Source of the DNA: Planctomycetota bacterium | GTDB taxonomy: Bacteria > Planctomycetota > PLA2 > JAEUHO01 | Direction of reading: 5' to 3' | Length of the DNA stretch: 64,000 bases | NCBI GenBank assembly: GCA_965223505.1 | Contig: CBDCWP010000044.1 | Coordinates: forward strand, 224,001-288,000 | Part shown: one piece after another, positions 27,628-37,650 of the stretch | How positions within the stretch are numbered: the first letter of the stretch is position 1 | Layout: each line of letters begins with the position of its first letter | The notes under the pieces: model-generated | Databases searched by the model: none | Told to the model about the DNA's origin: nothing | Seen by the model: only the letters and a program-made list of their open reading frames with translations | Program-made: the position numbers and the translations under genes

Positions 27628-30270
27628 ATGAGCCGATCGAGCGACCCCGTCGAAGTCGAGAGCCTGCTGTCGCATCGCCGCTGGATTCGTGGTCTGGCTC
27701 GATCGCTGCTTCGCGACGAGAACCTCGTCGACGACGTCGAACAGGAAACCTGGATGACGGCGATGCGCAGCCGGCCCGCTCAGGGCCCGCGCATCCGCGG
27801 GTGGCTTCGCCGGGTCGTACGCAGCCGCGCGATCGACCTGCGTCGGGCCCAAGCGCGACGCGAGTTGCGGGAGGAAGCCGTAGCCGCCCAGCGGCCTGCA
27901 GCCGCCGCGGCGCATCTCGTCGATCAGGCGGACATGCAACGCGCCGTCGCGCAGTCGGTGGGTGACTTGTCCGAGCCGTACCGCTCGACGGTTCTCTTGC
28001 GCTACTTCGAGGAACTCTCGCCGCGGGAGATCGCCGATCGACTCGACGTTCCCCAGGCGACCGTTCGAACGCGACTGCATCGAGCCCACGAGATGTTGCG
28101 CGTTCGGCTCGAATCCGAGTTCGGCGGCGGGCGCCGGGACTGGCGCGGCTCGCTCGCTCTGCTCGCCGTTCCGCCGTCGCGTTGGGCGACGCCCGCGGCA
28201 GCGGGGCTCTCTACGGGAGGGATCGTGATGACGTTCGTCCAGAAGTGTGTCGTGGTGGGGGCGCTGCTGCTGATCGGCGCGGCGCTCATCGGCTACGGCA
28301 TCCATGAGTGGGACTTCGCGGAGGACAGCCACGATCTCGGCGAGGCGGATCGTGGTGGCGGCGCCGACGACCTGGATCCGGACGGTGCGGCGGCCCTGGA
28401 AGGCCGCAGCGACGGCGGCGAGCTGTCGGCCGGCGACGCCGGGGGCGACAACGCCGACCGCGGATCCCCCGCCACGGAACCCGCGCAGCGCACCCCGGCG
28501 ACGCATCTGCTTCGCGGCAGCGTTCGCGGCGTCGAGAAGAACGCAGTGGCCGAAACGAAGGTCGCGGTGTTCGTCCTTCGAGAGTACGGCTGGGTCGACA
28601 CCGACATCGAGCCGTTCCGGGGTGAGGTGCGCGCGGACGGCAGCTACGAGGTGGACCTGTCCGGCGTGTTTCAGATGGAGAGCGTTCCGAACAACCTCCG
28701 CGTTCGATTCGATCACCCCGACTACGTCGTGGCGAAGCCGACGCTCCTGACGAGCAGCGGCCGAACGAAGACCGGACGTCCTACGGAGTTTCGCGTCGAT
28801 GTGACCCTGAAGCGCGCGACCGTGGTCGCGGGGCGCGTATTGCGGCCGGACGGCAATCCTGTCGTCGGCGGCACCGTCGCCCTGCTCGTGCGTCATGACG
28901 GGCGCTTCCGCTTGAACGACGTGCAGGAGCCGAAGGCCGCCGAGAAGTCGAAGACCGAAGCGGACGGTACGTTCCGTTTGCGAACGGACCGAACCGGCGA
29001 GTACGTGCTCGCGGCGCTCACGCAGGACCTCTTGCCGGCGAGCCGGATCATGGCGGTCGAGCACGGTGTCGCGCCGGACCCGGTCGAGATCGTCATGCAG
29101 GCGGGGCTCTCCATTCGCGGTCGTGTCATCGTCAACGGCAGGCCGGTCGCGGACGCGCAGGTCGAGGCCTACGCGCCCGACCCGGCGTTCGAGTTTCAGA
29201 TCGACCACCACGACCTCGTATGGCGAGACGAGCGTCTCGTGCCGGGTGATCAGAAGGCGACGACCGACGCAACGGGCGCCTACGAGATCAAGGCGCTCGA
29301 CGAGCCGTTGCGCCGGACGAAGGTCTCCAGGGTGAAAGGTCTCCCGATCTGGTATCCGTTGCTCGAGGCCAGCAAGCGCGTCGTCCAGCCCGGATCGGAC
29401 GGCGTCGACTTCGAGATCGAAGGCGCGCACGTCGAGGTGCGCGTGCAATCCGGCGAGCAACGGCTCGAGGGCGCACGTGCCACCGTTCTCTCGCCCGGGA
29501 AGGAGCACGGCGATGCGTATCAACAGTCCGATGACGAAGGGCGTGTCCGCTTCATCCTGCCGCCGGATGCGGCGTTGAGGCTCTCGGTCTCTCACGAGGG
29601 CTACAAGACGGTCGAGCGCGAGTTCCGCACGCTGGGCGTTCGTACCCAGAGCGAGGAGATCGTGGATCTCGGTCCCTCGCTCTCCGGCACGCTCGTGCTG
29701 ACGTTGCGTGATCCCAAGGGCAAGCCGATTCGCAATGCGGAGATCCGCGTTACGAAAGAAGATGACGGGTTCGGATTCGGTTTCAACGATCCCATGACGA
29801 GCGAGATCGGCGTATACCGCCTCGAGCATCTCGAGGTGGGGGAGTCCCTGCTGCTTGTGCGGCCGGGCCGGAAAGCGGGCCTGGAGTTTACGAGCCACTT
29901 CCTGCCGATCCGCGAGCGGATCCAGCTCGACCTGGGCAAGGAGACGATGCTCAGTCTCACTGCCGAGCTCGGCGGGCGGTTGCGCGTGACCGTACGCGAC
30001 GAAGCGGGACAGCTGATCGGCGCGAGCGCGACGCTGCGCGACGAGCGGGGGCAGAAGCGCCGCGTGATGTACGTGACGCAGGGCGAGGGGTTCGCGACGA
30101 TGTCGTCGGGCGGGCCGGGTACGGCGAGTGTCAGTCGGGTCGAACCGGCGCTCGAGCCGGGCGAGTACCACATGGAGCTGTCGGCGAACGACCGCGAGAC
30201 GAAGCGCGTGAGCGTGACCGTGCGCGCCGGCGAGACCCACGACATCGAGGTCACGCTGCGCAAGCTGTAG
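27628..30270 (+). CDS. ECF sigma factor fused to a TM helix and extracytoplasmic carboxypeptidase-regulatory-like beta domains
   Basis: Sigma2 (DDVEQETW, GWLRRV) and sigma4 (LRYFEELSPREIA..TVRTRLHRA), TM segment, then repeated G.V..DG.PV domains. Confidence 0.9.
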   Translation: MSRSSDPVEVESLLSHRRWIRGLARSLLRDENLVDDVEQETWMTAMRSRPAQGPRIRGWLRRVVRSRAIDLRRAQARRELREEAVAAQRPAAAAAHLVDQADMQRAVAQSVGDLSEPYRSTVLLRYFEELSPREIADRLDVPQATVRTRLHRAHEMLRVRLESEFGGGRRDWRGSLALLAVPPSRWATPAAAGLSTGGIVMTFVQKCVVVGALLLIGAALIGYGIHEWDFAEDSHDLGEADRGGGADDLDPDGAAALEGRSDGGELSAGDAGGDNADRGSPATEPAQRTPATHLLRGSVRGVEKNAVAETKVAVFVLREYGWVDTDIEPFRGEVRADGSYEVDLSGVFQMESVPNNLRVRFDHPDYVVAKPTLLTSSGRTKTGRPTEFRVDVTLKRATVVAGRVLRPDGNPVVGGTVALLVRHDGRFRLNDVQEPKAAEKSKTEADGTFRLRTDRTGEYVLAALTQDLLPASRIMAVEHGVAPDPVEIVMQAGLSIRGRVIVNGRPVADAQVEAYAPDPAFEFQIDHHDLVWRDERLVPGDQKATTDATGAYEIKALDEPLRRTKVSRVKGLPIWYPLLEASKRVVQPGSDGVDFEIEGAHVEVRVQSGEQRLEGARATVLSPGKEHGDAYQQSDDEGRVRFILPPDAALRLSVSHEGYKTVEREFRTLGVRTQSEEIVDLGPSLSGTLVLTLRDPKGKPIRNAEIRVTKEDDGFGFGFNDPMTSEIGVYRLEHLEVGESLLLVRPGRKAGLEFTSHFLPIRERIQLDLGKETMLSLTAELGGRLRVTVRDEAGQLIGASATLRDERGQKRRVMYVTQGEGFATMSSGGPGTASVSRVEPALEPGEYHMELSANDRETKRVSVTVRAGETHDIEVTLRKL

Positions 30271-30418
30271 ACCAGCGACCGATCCGCCGAAGTCGATCTG
30301 TCCGACCGCGCGGCGGGCTTTCACACCCGGGACCTACGCCCACCGAATCACATGGCGTCGCAGGGTGCCGGCGCGTTCGTACATGCGGGCGACGGCGGTA
30401 GGGGGGCGGAGCCAGCGA

Positions 30419-32134
30419 ATGCGCGTTCGGCGGAGTCTCACTGCGGCGTTCTTGCCGCTGCTCGTGTTCGCCTTCGCGCCCCGGTCCGTCGCTGCGGACG
30501 ACGCCAAACGTCAGATGCGTGCCTTCGAGCAGGCGCTTGCTTCCCATGACTGCGTGCAATGGGATCGCTCGCTTTCCGCGCTGTCCCGAATGGACCACCC
30601 TGCTGCCGTGTTGATGCTCGCGCGGTTCTACGTGGAGCAGGAACGCTACGAAGGCGAGTGGACGAGCTTGCACACGCGGTCGGCCGCGCGCGTGCGCAGT
30701 GCCGACCCGCTGCGCGCCTACGCCGCGCGGCTGTCGAGTCACGGCAACGTTCGATCGTTGCGCGTCATGGTGGACGCGCTCGACGACGAGGACGGCATCG
30801 AGGTCGAGCTCTTCACCGAGGCGCTGCGCGGCAATCCGGCGCTTCACCTCGTCGACGATCCGCTGCGCCAGGGGCTTCAGGTCTCGTTGCGCAAGGGCAA
30901 GGACGAGATCGCGCGGCGCTACCTGGCGTTGTTGTGGGGCCGGCTGCACGCCGGGGACGTAGCGTGGGTCGAGGCGCTGGTTGCGAATCCTCGCGTCGAC
31001 GAGGTGCTGCGTCTCGAGCTTCTGGAGACGTTTCCGTTCCACGACCTCTGGCGGCGCTTGCTAGCCCATGCCGACGAGGACCCGGTGCTCGACACCGCGG
31101 CGTTCGTCGCGGTGATCGCCGAGCAGCTGGAGCTGCCGCTGTCGAGCGCGAGAGCGGCGCGGTCCGCCCTGGAGCGCGTCCGCTCCGATGCCGATCAAGT
31201 CGAGCAGGTGCTCGCCGAGAACGAGAAGCTCGACGAGGCGATCGGCGGCGTGTCGCGCCCACGGGCACGGGCCGCGCTGCACGAGCTCGTCCAGCGCGAA
31301 TGGAAGGCGCTTTTCGAAGAGCCCGCGATGGAGGCGCTTGCGTCGTTGCACGCTTCGTTCGTGACGATCCGTTACGCGCGTTCGTTCCGACGGGATCGCT
31401 ACTTCTTCCAGAAGGAACAGCGGCAGCGCTTCGACAAGCGCATCGACGACGCGAAGATCGTCCAGCGATCGGGTTCGATCGATCTTACGCGACCGCCGTT
31501 GGCGGGGCGCGTAACGAAGCTGGCCGTTCTCGAAGAACGACTCGACGCGCTCGCAAGCGACGTGCCGACGGTGCGCGTGGGAGCGCCGTACCACCGCGAG
31601 CTACTGGCGCTGAACAGGCACGGTGCGTGCGACGTCGAGTCGATCGCGTTCACGCCCGCCGAGCGCGCGTGGCGAACGCGGCGCGACGAGGTGCTCGCCT
31701 ACAACGCGGCCGCCCGAGGACCCACGCCCGCGGAACGCGAGAACGTGGCGTTGGTGAACGCGTATCGGCTTCAGTACGACCTGCTGCCGCTACGCATCGA
31801 CGCCGACCTGACGGTCAGCGCGCGCAAGCACTCCGCGTTCCAGCGCTCGATGGGCCAGATCGCGCACGAGTTTCCGGCCGGCCGGGAGCCCGAAGGCCGA
31901 ACGGCCGTGCAGCGCATGGTGCGCGCCGGCTACCCGTTGCGGTATGCCGGAGGCGAGAACGTGCTGGTCGGCTCGAGTGACCCGGCGCGCGCGTTCCGCT
32001 GGTGGCAGGGGTCTCCGGGGCACCGCGCCAACATGCTGAGCCCCGCCTGGACCGAGATCGGTGCCGGTCGCAGCGGCAAGTACTGGACGCAGAACTTCGG
32101 TCGTGAGCCCTACGATCAGGACGATGACGAGTGA
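30419..32134 (+). CDS. Exported helical protein with C-terminal CAP/SCP domain
   Basis: Signal peptide; VNAYR, SARKHS, GENV, W.GSPGHRANML and YWTQNFG. Confidence 0.85.
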   Translation: MRVRRSLTAAFLPLLVFAFAPRSVAADDAKRQMRAFEQALASHDCVQWDRSLSALSRMDHPAAVLMLARFYVEQERYEGEWTSLHTRSAARVRSADPLRAYAARLSSHGNVRSLRVMVDALDDEDGIEVELFTEALRGNPALHLVDDPLRQGLQVSLRKGKDEIARRYLALLWGRLHAGDVAWVEALVANPRVDEVLRLELLETFPFHDLWRRLLAHADEDPVLDTAAFVAVIAEQLELPLSSARAARSALERVRSDADQVEQVLAENEKLDEAIGGVSRPRARAALHELVQREWKALFEEPAMEALASLHASFVTIRYARSFRRDRYFFQKEQRQRFDKRIDDAKIVQRSGSIDLTRPPLAGRVTKLAVLEERLDALASDVPTVRVGAPYHRELLALNRHGACDVESIAFTPAERAWRTRRDEVLAYNAAARGPTPAERENVALVNAYRLQYDLLPLRIDADLTVSARKHSAFQRSMGQIAHEFPAGREPEGRTAVQRMVRAGYPLRYAGGENVLVGSSDPARAFRWWQGSPGHRANMLSPAWTEIGAGRSGKYWTQNFGREPYDQDDDE

Positions 32135-32198
32135 TCCAACCGAGCGGCTCTTGACGCGCAGCGGCTTCGCTTGGTGAGGTAGAGGACTCCGAAGAGGA

Positions 32199-33458
32199 GT
32201 GGCTGTGCGGAAAACGTGCCTCTGGCTGATGCTCTTGGTGCCGCTCGTTCCGGCCGGCTGCGGCAGCAGTGGTGGTGGTGGCGGCGGCGGCATCACCGTG
32301 ACCGGGCAGGTGACGAGCCGGAGCGGCGCGCCGCTTCGCTTCGCCCCCGTGGTGATCAACGGCGTGCTGTACGTGACGGACTTCGACGGCACGTTCACGG
32401 CGCCCGGCGTAAGCGTGCCCTACACCGCGGTGCTCGTGGACACCGGCGCGACCGCGTCGCCGCAGGCCACCGTCTACCAGGGACTCACGCGGGCGGATCC
32501 GATCCTGACGATGTTCTTCGAGGACAGTGGGTTCACGGGCGGGTTCCTGGGCAGCCTCACGGGCGGCGTCGGGTATCCGCTGCCACCGAACCACGAGACG
32601 CGCGTGCGTGTGGTCGGGTCCGGCAATCTGGACACCCTCGGCCTCGTCAACGAGGCCAGCGGGAGCTACAGCGACTTCGGGCCGGGCGCGGCAACCTGGT
32701 CGGGAAGCGGCATGGTGCCCGCGCTTGTCCTGGCGTTTCAGCACGACACGCTCAACGACACGTATCCCTTCTTCGGATTTACCGCAGGCATCCTGAATGC
32801 GGGCGCGGATGTCTTCATCCCGCAGATCGCGATGATCCCCACCACGGCGACCGAAGTGAAGTCCGGAACGATCACGTTTCCGGCCGGCTACGGCTTCGCG
32901 GAGCTGTCGACGAGCGTGATCATCACGCCCGCGTTGATCGCCCCGATTCGGTTCCTCACCTCCGACCCGGGCATCAACTTCACGACACGCGTACCGGTGT
33001 TCGGCACGGCGACGTACGAGCTGGTCGTGACAGGCACCCACGCGAACGGAACCACGACGCGCGCGCGCATGGAGGTGCCGCAGGGCGCGTTCGGCATCGC
33101 TCTCGACCCTCAGCCGGCGAACAGTCTCATCGCGCCGGCGAACGGCGCGGCGAACGTGGATCACTCGACGGTCTTCAGCTGCACGCCGTCGTCGCTCGGT
33201 GTGCACAAGTTCCTGTTTTTCGGCGTTGACAGCCGCATCGCCGTCTTCACCACCGCGACGCAGGTGACGGTCCCGGATCTCTCCGAGTACGGCGTGCGGC
33301 TCGAACCGGGAGCGGCCTACAACTGGCGGGTCGTCGGCCACGGACCGTTCGCGTCGGTCGACGCGCACTGTGGCGTGGCAGGTTCGTACCCGACGGGGAT
33401 CGGGGTGATCGGTTACGAGACGCTGTCCGACTTCCGGGTGTTCACCACGGCGCCGTAG
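32199..33458 (+). CDS. Beta-rich lipoprotein
   Basis: PAGC lipobox, Gly linker, TD.DGTF...VSVPY carboxypeptidase-regulatory-like start. Confidence 0.7.
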   Translation: MAVRKTCLWLMLLVPLVPAGCGSSGGGGGGGITVTGQVTSRSGAPLRFAPVVINGVLYVTDFDGTFTAPGVSVPYTAVLVDTGATASPQATVYQGLTRADPILTMFFEDSGFTGGFLGSLTGGVGYPLPPNHETRVRVVGSGNLDTLGLVNEASGSYSDFGPGAATWSGSGMVPALVLAFQHDTLNDTYPFFGFTAGILNAGADVFIPQIAMIPTTATEVKSGTITFPAGYGFAELSTSVIITPALIAPIRFLTSDPGINFTTRVPVFGTATYELVVTGTHANGTTTRARMEVPQGAFGIALDPQPANSLIAPANGAANVDHSTVFSCTPSSLGVHKFLFFGVDSRIAVFTTATQVTVPDLSEYGVRLEPGAAYNWRVVGHGPFASVDAHCGVAGSYPTGIGVIGYETLSDFRVFTTAP

Positions 33459-33471
33459 TGCGTCGGCCGCG

Positions 33472-33969
33472 TCAATCGACGAGTTTCGTGAGCGCGCCGG
33501 TCGCTTCACCGTGGCTCCACCCGTCGAGCTTGGGAGGCGTCACGCCCAGGCGCCGGAGCATGAACGACGCTTGTCGGCGGTGGTCGTTGGCGTGGTTGAG
33601 GACCTGCACCAGCACGACCCAGCGCTTGAAGGCGTAGCCGTCGGACGCTCGAATCTCCCGCTCCATCTCATGCTCCGAGTCGTCGACGAGGGCCAGCAGG
33701 CCGTCGCCGCTCTCTTTCGCCGAGGTTTGCAGCTCCTCGTACGCAGCGGGCTCGAACCGCTCTCCGTCGGGTTGGTGCAAGAGGCACAGATAGTCCTTCT
33801 GGCAGTTCACGAGGTGGATCAGTGTTTCTCGTAGGGACCACGCGTCCGGGTCGTCGCGGGCGTCGAGCTGTTCGTCGGAGAGGCTCGCGCACGCTTCGAG
33901 CAGCGTGGCATTGGCCCAGTTGTTGTGTTCGAGCAGCTTGACGAGCGCGAATGCAGACATGGAGTTCAC
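33472..33969 (-). CDS. DinB family protein
   Basis: HNNWAN..LL, SLRETLIHL and NHANDHR.Q motifs. Confidence 0.9.
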   Translation of the reverse strand: MNSMSAFALVKLLEHNNWANATLLEACASLSDEQLDARDDPDAWSLRETLIHLVNCQKDYLCLLHQPDGERFEPAAYEELQTSAKESGDGLLALVDDSEHEMEREIRASDGYAFKRWVVLVQVLNHANDHRRQASFMLRRLGVTPPKLDGWSHGEATGALTKLVD

Positions 33970-34018
33970 CTCGTGGGAACGATCCTACCGATTCGGAAAC
34001 GAGCAGTCGATTCCGACT

Positions 34019-34861
34019 TCAGCCCAGCTCGAAGGTCGTGACGCCGAACACGCGCCCGAGATCGATGTCGGGTTCGCCGCCGGTGTACATCCGCGCCGTC
34101 TCGAAGACCGGCTGCATGTCGTTCGTCTCGGCCAGACTCACCGCGGCCGCGTTCGGAAGGGGAACGTCGAGGAAAAGCGGTTCGCCCGGAACGGCGGCGC
34201 GCAGCGCCGCGAAGAGCTTCGCCGCGGTGCCGGCGTCGTCGGCGAACAGCGGGCCGACCTTGTGACCGGTCCGGCAACGTCGAAGGACCGCGTAGCCGCG
34301 CAACCCCGCGCTCCCGGACACGGCGTAGCCGACGCTCTCGGGTAGCGCCACCCAATGCTCGAGGAACGCGTCGCGAGGGGCAGGAAAACAGGCGCGGTCG
34401 TAGTCGGTGATCTGTTCGAACGGCACGTTCTCGAGCGGCGTCACGCCGTTCGGCATGCGACCGCCGCCGGCGCCCTCGTAGCGCTGGTTACCGTAGGCGT
34501 AGCGAAAGCCCGAGCGTTCGTAGTTCGCCTGCTGGTCGACGACGCCGTCGAGGCCGACGTTGCGCGAGCCCAGGTACGCCATGCCGGCCTGCCAGATGGT
34601 CAGCCCGAAGCCCTGGCCGCGATGGTTCGGATGAACGATGTAGAAGCCGAGGAATCCGAACGCGTCGCCGTAGGTGACGACGGAGATGCAAGCGACGGGC
34701 TCCTCGTCGAGCGTGCCGACCAGGAAGCCGCTCGGGTCGGCCGCGTAGAACGCGTCGGCGTCGTGCAACCCCGGGTTCCAGCCCTCGGCGGCGGCCCAGT
34801 CCACGGCGATGTCGAGCTCGTCGCGCGACATGGTCCGGACTTGGTCGAGCGTCGTCGTCAC
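34019..34861 (-). CDS. GNAT acetyltransferase (YitH-like, tandem fold)
   Basis: WAAAEGWNPG, RGQGFG, LDGV..QQ.NY..SGF, VGPLFA and FETARMY. Confidence 0.92.
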   Translation of the reverse strand: MTTTLDQVRTMSRDELDIAVDWAAAEGWNPGLHDADAFYAADPSGFLVGTLDEEPVACISVVTYGDAFGFLGFYIVHPNHRGQGFGLTIWQAGMAYLGSRNVGLDGVVDQQANYERSGFRYAYGNQRYEGAGGGRMPNGVTPLENVPFEQITDYDRACFPAPRDAFLEHWVALPESVGYAVSGSAGLRGYAVLRRCRTGHKVGPLFADDAGTAAKLFAALRAAVPGEPLFLDVPLPNAAAVSLAETNDMQPVFETARMYTGGEPDIDLGRVFGVTTFELG

Positions 34862-34963
34862 CTGCGCAGCGTACCCCGCACCGTTGCGCGCACGATCGCG
34901 TCATTCACGCCGCTTTTGTATGCTCCTGTCGTTGAAGACTGGCTTTGTTTGGGGAGTGAAGAG

Positions 34964-35423
34964 GTGAAACAGCGAGAATCTTGGCTTCCGGCCGCGCTCG
35001 TGGTGTACCTACTCCTTTTCGGCGTCGGCGCGGCGGTCTGTCTGGTCGTCAATTTCCCTGCGCAGAGGATCGTCGACAACCAGGCTCAGGTGGACTTCGG
35101 GAAGCAGATGCAGCTCTGGTGGTGGACGGGCAGGACGCGGAGCGCAAAGACAGCGGCGCTCTCTTCCGCGGCCCGTCGTGTCGAAGGTGGCTCCGAGCCC
35201 CGTCAACAAGACCGATACAGCGGTCGACGTCCTCGGGAAGGACTTCACGAAGGGAGCGGTCGTCGTGGCGGACAAGACGGAGTGCGGGACGACGTTCGTG
35301 TCGGCGGAGAAGTTGACGGCGGCCATCCCTGCCAATCGGCCGACCGGCAAGGTGAAGCTGATCGTGAAGAACCCCGAAGGGCTCGAGAGATTCTCGGAGC
35401 CCGTCGAAGTCGACTTTGCCTAG
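34964..35423 (+). pseudogene. Probable broken gene: TM N-terminus plus IPT/TIG domain in a different frame
   Basis: TM-coding segment from GTG 34964; IPT-like 35178..35423 (V.G.DF..GA.V, T.FVS...L.A.IP, V.NP.G) is out of frame with it. Confidence 0.45.
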
Positions 35424-35513
35424 GAGGTATCGCAGTGCGTACGATTGGACTGCCGGCTCGATGGAACATGGGAGCCGGCCCCGACGTACCTGCATGACCG
35501 GGAGAGCAGCCGC

Positions 35514-37313
35514 TTGCGCCGCGTCTTCGTCAGTTACCGCCGTGAAGACAGCGCGGATGTGACCGGGAGGATCTGCGATCGCCTCATCAGTCATTTCGGC
35601 CGCGAGAACGTCTACATGGATGTCGATGCCATTCCCCTTGGTGCGGACTTCCGTGACCACATCGACGAGGCGGTCGGTCGGTGCGACGCATTGTTGGCGG
35701 TCATCGGACCGAAGTGGGCCGGAATCTGCGATGCGGAAGGGAAGCCTCGTCTCCAGGACGTCAACGACACACTGCGAACAGAGATCGGGTCGGCGCTGGC
35801 ACGTGGGATTCCCGTGATTCCGGTGCTGGTTCGAGGGAGCGAGATGCCCAGCCCCGAGTCGTTACCTGCGGATCTCAGAGAACTCTGCGACCGCAACGGA
35901 ACCCCGGTGAGGCCCAACCCCGATTTCGACGCCGACATGAGCCGCGTCGTCGAGGCGTTGGAGGGGCGCGGCCGATCCCCCGCCGCCGGGCGGCGCCGTC
36001 GTCCGAATAGCCGCAAGCGCCGTTGGGTTCCGATGGTGGCGCTGATGCTCCTCGTCGCCGCCGCGGCGCTGTCGTCGGGCATCGTTCCCATGACTCTTCT
36101 CGATGACGACGTTTCCGGCCCGGCCTGGGCGAGGGTGGCCGACGATCAGATGGCGGAGGCGAAGCGTCTCGGGGTACCGGTCGCATTCGAAGACCCGCTC
36201 GGCGTCCGATTCGTGCTCGTTCCGACCGGCACGTTTGAAATGGGGTCGTCGAGACGCAGAAGTACAGAGAGATACGAGTGGCCGCAGCACGAGGTCACAC
36301 TCGGACCCTTCTACATGGCGACGACCGAGACCACCCACGGGACGTGGGAGGCCGTCATGGGCTCGAACATCTTCGACTTCAGTGACCGATCGCTTCCTGC
36401 GAGAAATGTGTCTTGGAGTGACTGCCGGCGCTTTCTCGATGCGTTGAACCAACGCGGCTACGGGACGTACCGCCTGCCTACTGAGGCAGAGTGGGAGTAC
36501 GCGTGCAGGGCCAACAGCGCGGAGCCCTGGTTCTTCGGCAACGACGAGACGAAGCTGCATGAATACGCCTGGTTCGAAAGCAACAGCGGGCAGCGCGTCC
36601 ATCCTGGAGGGGGGCGGAAGCCCAACGCCTGGGGACTCTACGACGTGTACGGAAACGTGATGGAGTGGTGCGCGGACTCACGGCACAGTTCCTACGTCGG
36701 CGCTCCCGTCGACGGGACCGCATGGGTGGACCATGGCGACGGCTACCGCATCGTCCGAGGCGGTTCGTCCCGAAGCTCGGCCTTGCGCGCGCGTTCGGCA
36801 AGCCGGAACTGGCAGCGCGAGGGCGATCGCTTCAATGATGTGGGATTTCGACTGGTTCGGTCGTCGCTGGATCCGCCCCGAGAATTCCTTTCCCAGGGGT
36901 GGGTCAAGCTCGTCGCCGCCGCGCTGGTCGTACTGGTCATCGTCGCGTTGATTCTCTCGTTCCGCAGGCGTTCTTCGCCGAAGGCGGCGCGGGCAGCCAA
37001 CGCGCTGCCCGCCGAAGAGATTCGCTCGGAGGCGTTGCGTGACGAGCTAGAGAAGACGCGAGCTGACATCCAGCGGCACAAGGGGACGGTCGCCAAGCTG
37101 GTCGTTGTTGCGCTGATGACACTCGGAGGCATGTGGCTCGCGTTCGCGGCCAGCGCGAGAAGCAGTCCGACCGGGGACGGGAGTCCGGTCATCGTCATTG
37201 TCGGCATCATCATCGCCTCGATTCTGTTCGCCTGCGCGGAGGCCTGCTCGAAACGGAAGAAGAAGCTCGTCGAGAGAGAGCGGGAATTGCTGGACGATCT
37301 CACGTCGGGATGA
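35514..37313 (+). CDS. TIR domain - TM - FGE/SUMF1 (CLec) domain - TM protein
   Basis: VFVSYRRED, EI..AL..IPV TIR motifs; RLPTEAEWEYACRA, PNAWGLYDVYGNV.EW and GFRLV; three C-terminal hydrophobic segments. Start TTG with GGAG. Confidence 0.9.
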   Translation: MRRVFVSYRREDSADVTGRICDRLISHFGRENVYMDVDAIPLGADFRDHIDEAVGRCDALLAVIGPKWAGICDAEGKPRLQDVNDTLRTEIGSALARGIPVIPVLVRGSEMPSPESLPADLRELCDRNGTPVRPNPDFDADMSRVVEALEGRGRSPAAGRRRRPNSRKRRWVPMVALMLLVAAAALSSGIVPMTLLDDDVSGPAWARVADDQMAEAKRLGVPVAFEDPLGVRFVLVPTGTFEMGSSRRRSTERYEWPQHEVTLGPFYMATTETTHGTWEAVMGSNIFDFSDRSLPARNVSWSDCRRFLDALNQRGYGTYRLPTEAEWEYACRANSAEPWFFGNDETKLHEYAWFESNSGQRVHPGGGRKPNAWGLYDVYGNVMEWCADSRHSSYVGAPVDGTAWVDHGDGYRIVRGGSSRSSALRARSASRNWQREGDRFNDVGFRLVRSSLDPPREFLSQGWVKLVAAALVVLVIVALILSFRRRSSPKAARAANALPAEEIRSEALRDELEKTRADIQRHKGTVAKLVVVALMTLGGMWLAFAASARSSPTGDGSPVIVIVGIIIASILFACAEACSKRKKKLVERERELLDDLTSG

Positions 37314-37650
37314 CACAGGACGTCGCCGTTCGCGAGACGCAGGTGTCCGATCGGGCTTCCCGTTCCGGGTCGGTGCGTTGGCGCAATGCCGTGGGTCGGA
37401 CGTGCATCGGTGCACGTGCTTGCAGCGAGCCAAGCCGTGCGGTGAAATGGGATTGGGAGATTCCAGCCCTATCTGTGGTGGACGATGCGAATTCCGCTGC
37501 GAATTCCCGCTTACCTGGACCTCGCCGGCGCAGAGGCGACAGCACCGCGAGCGCTCGCCCACAGGATCACGGGCGCCGGGGCACCATTGCAGCGTGTGCA
37601 CGCGCGAGAGATCCGCATGGTGCGGAGCGTGGCACGGGAGGACAGCTGAG

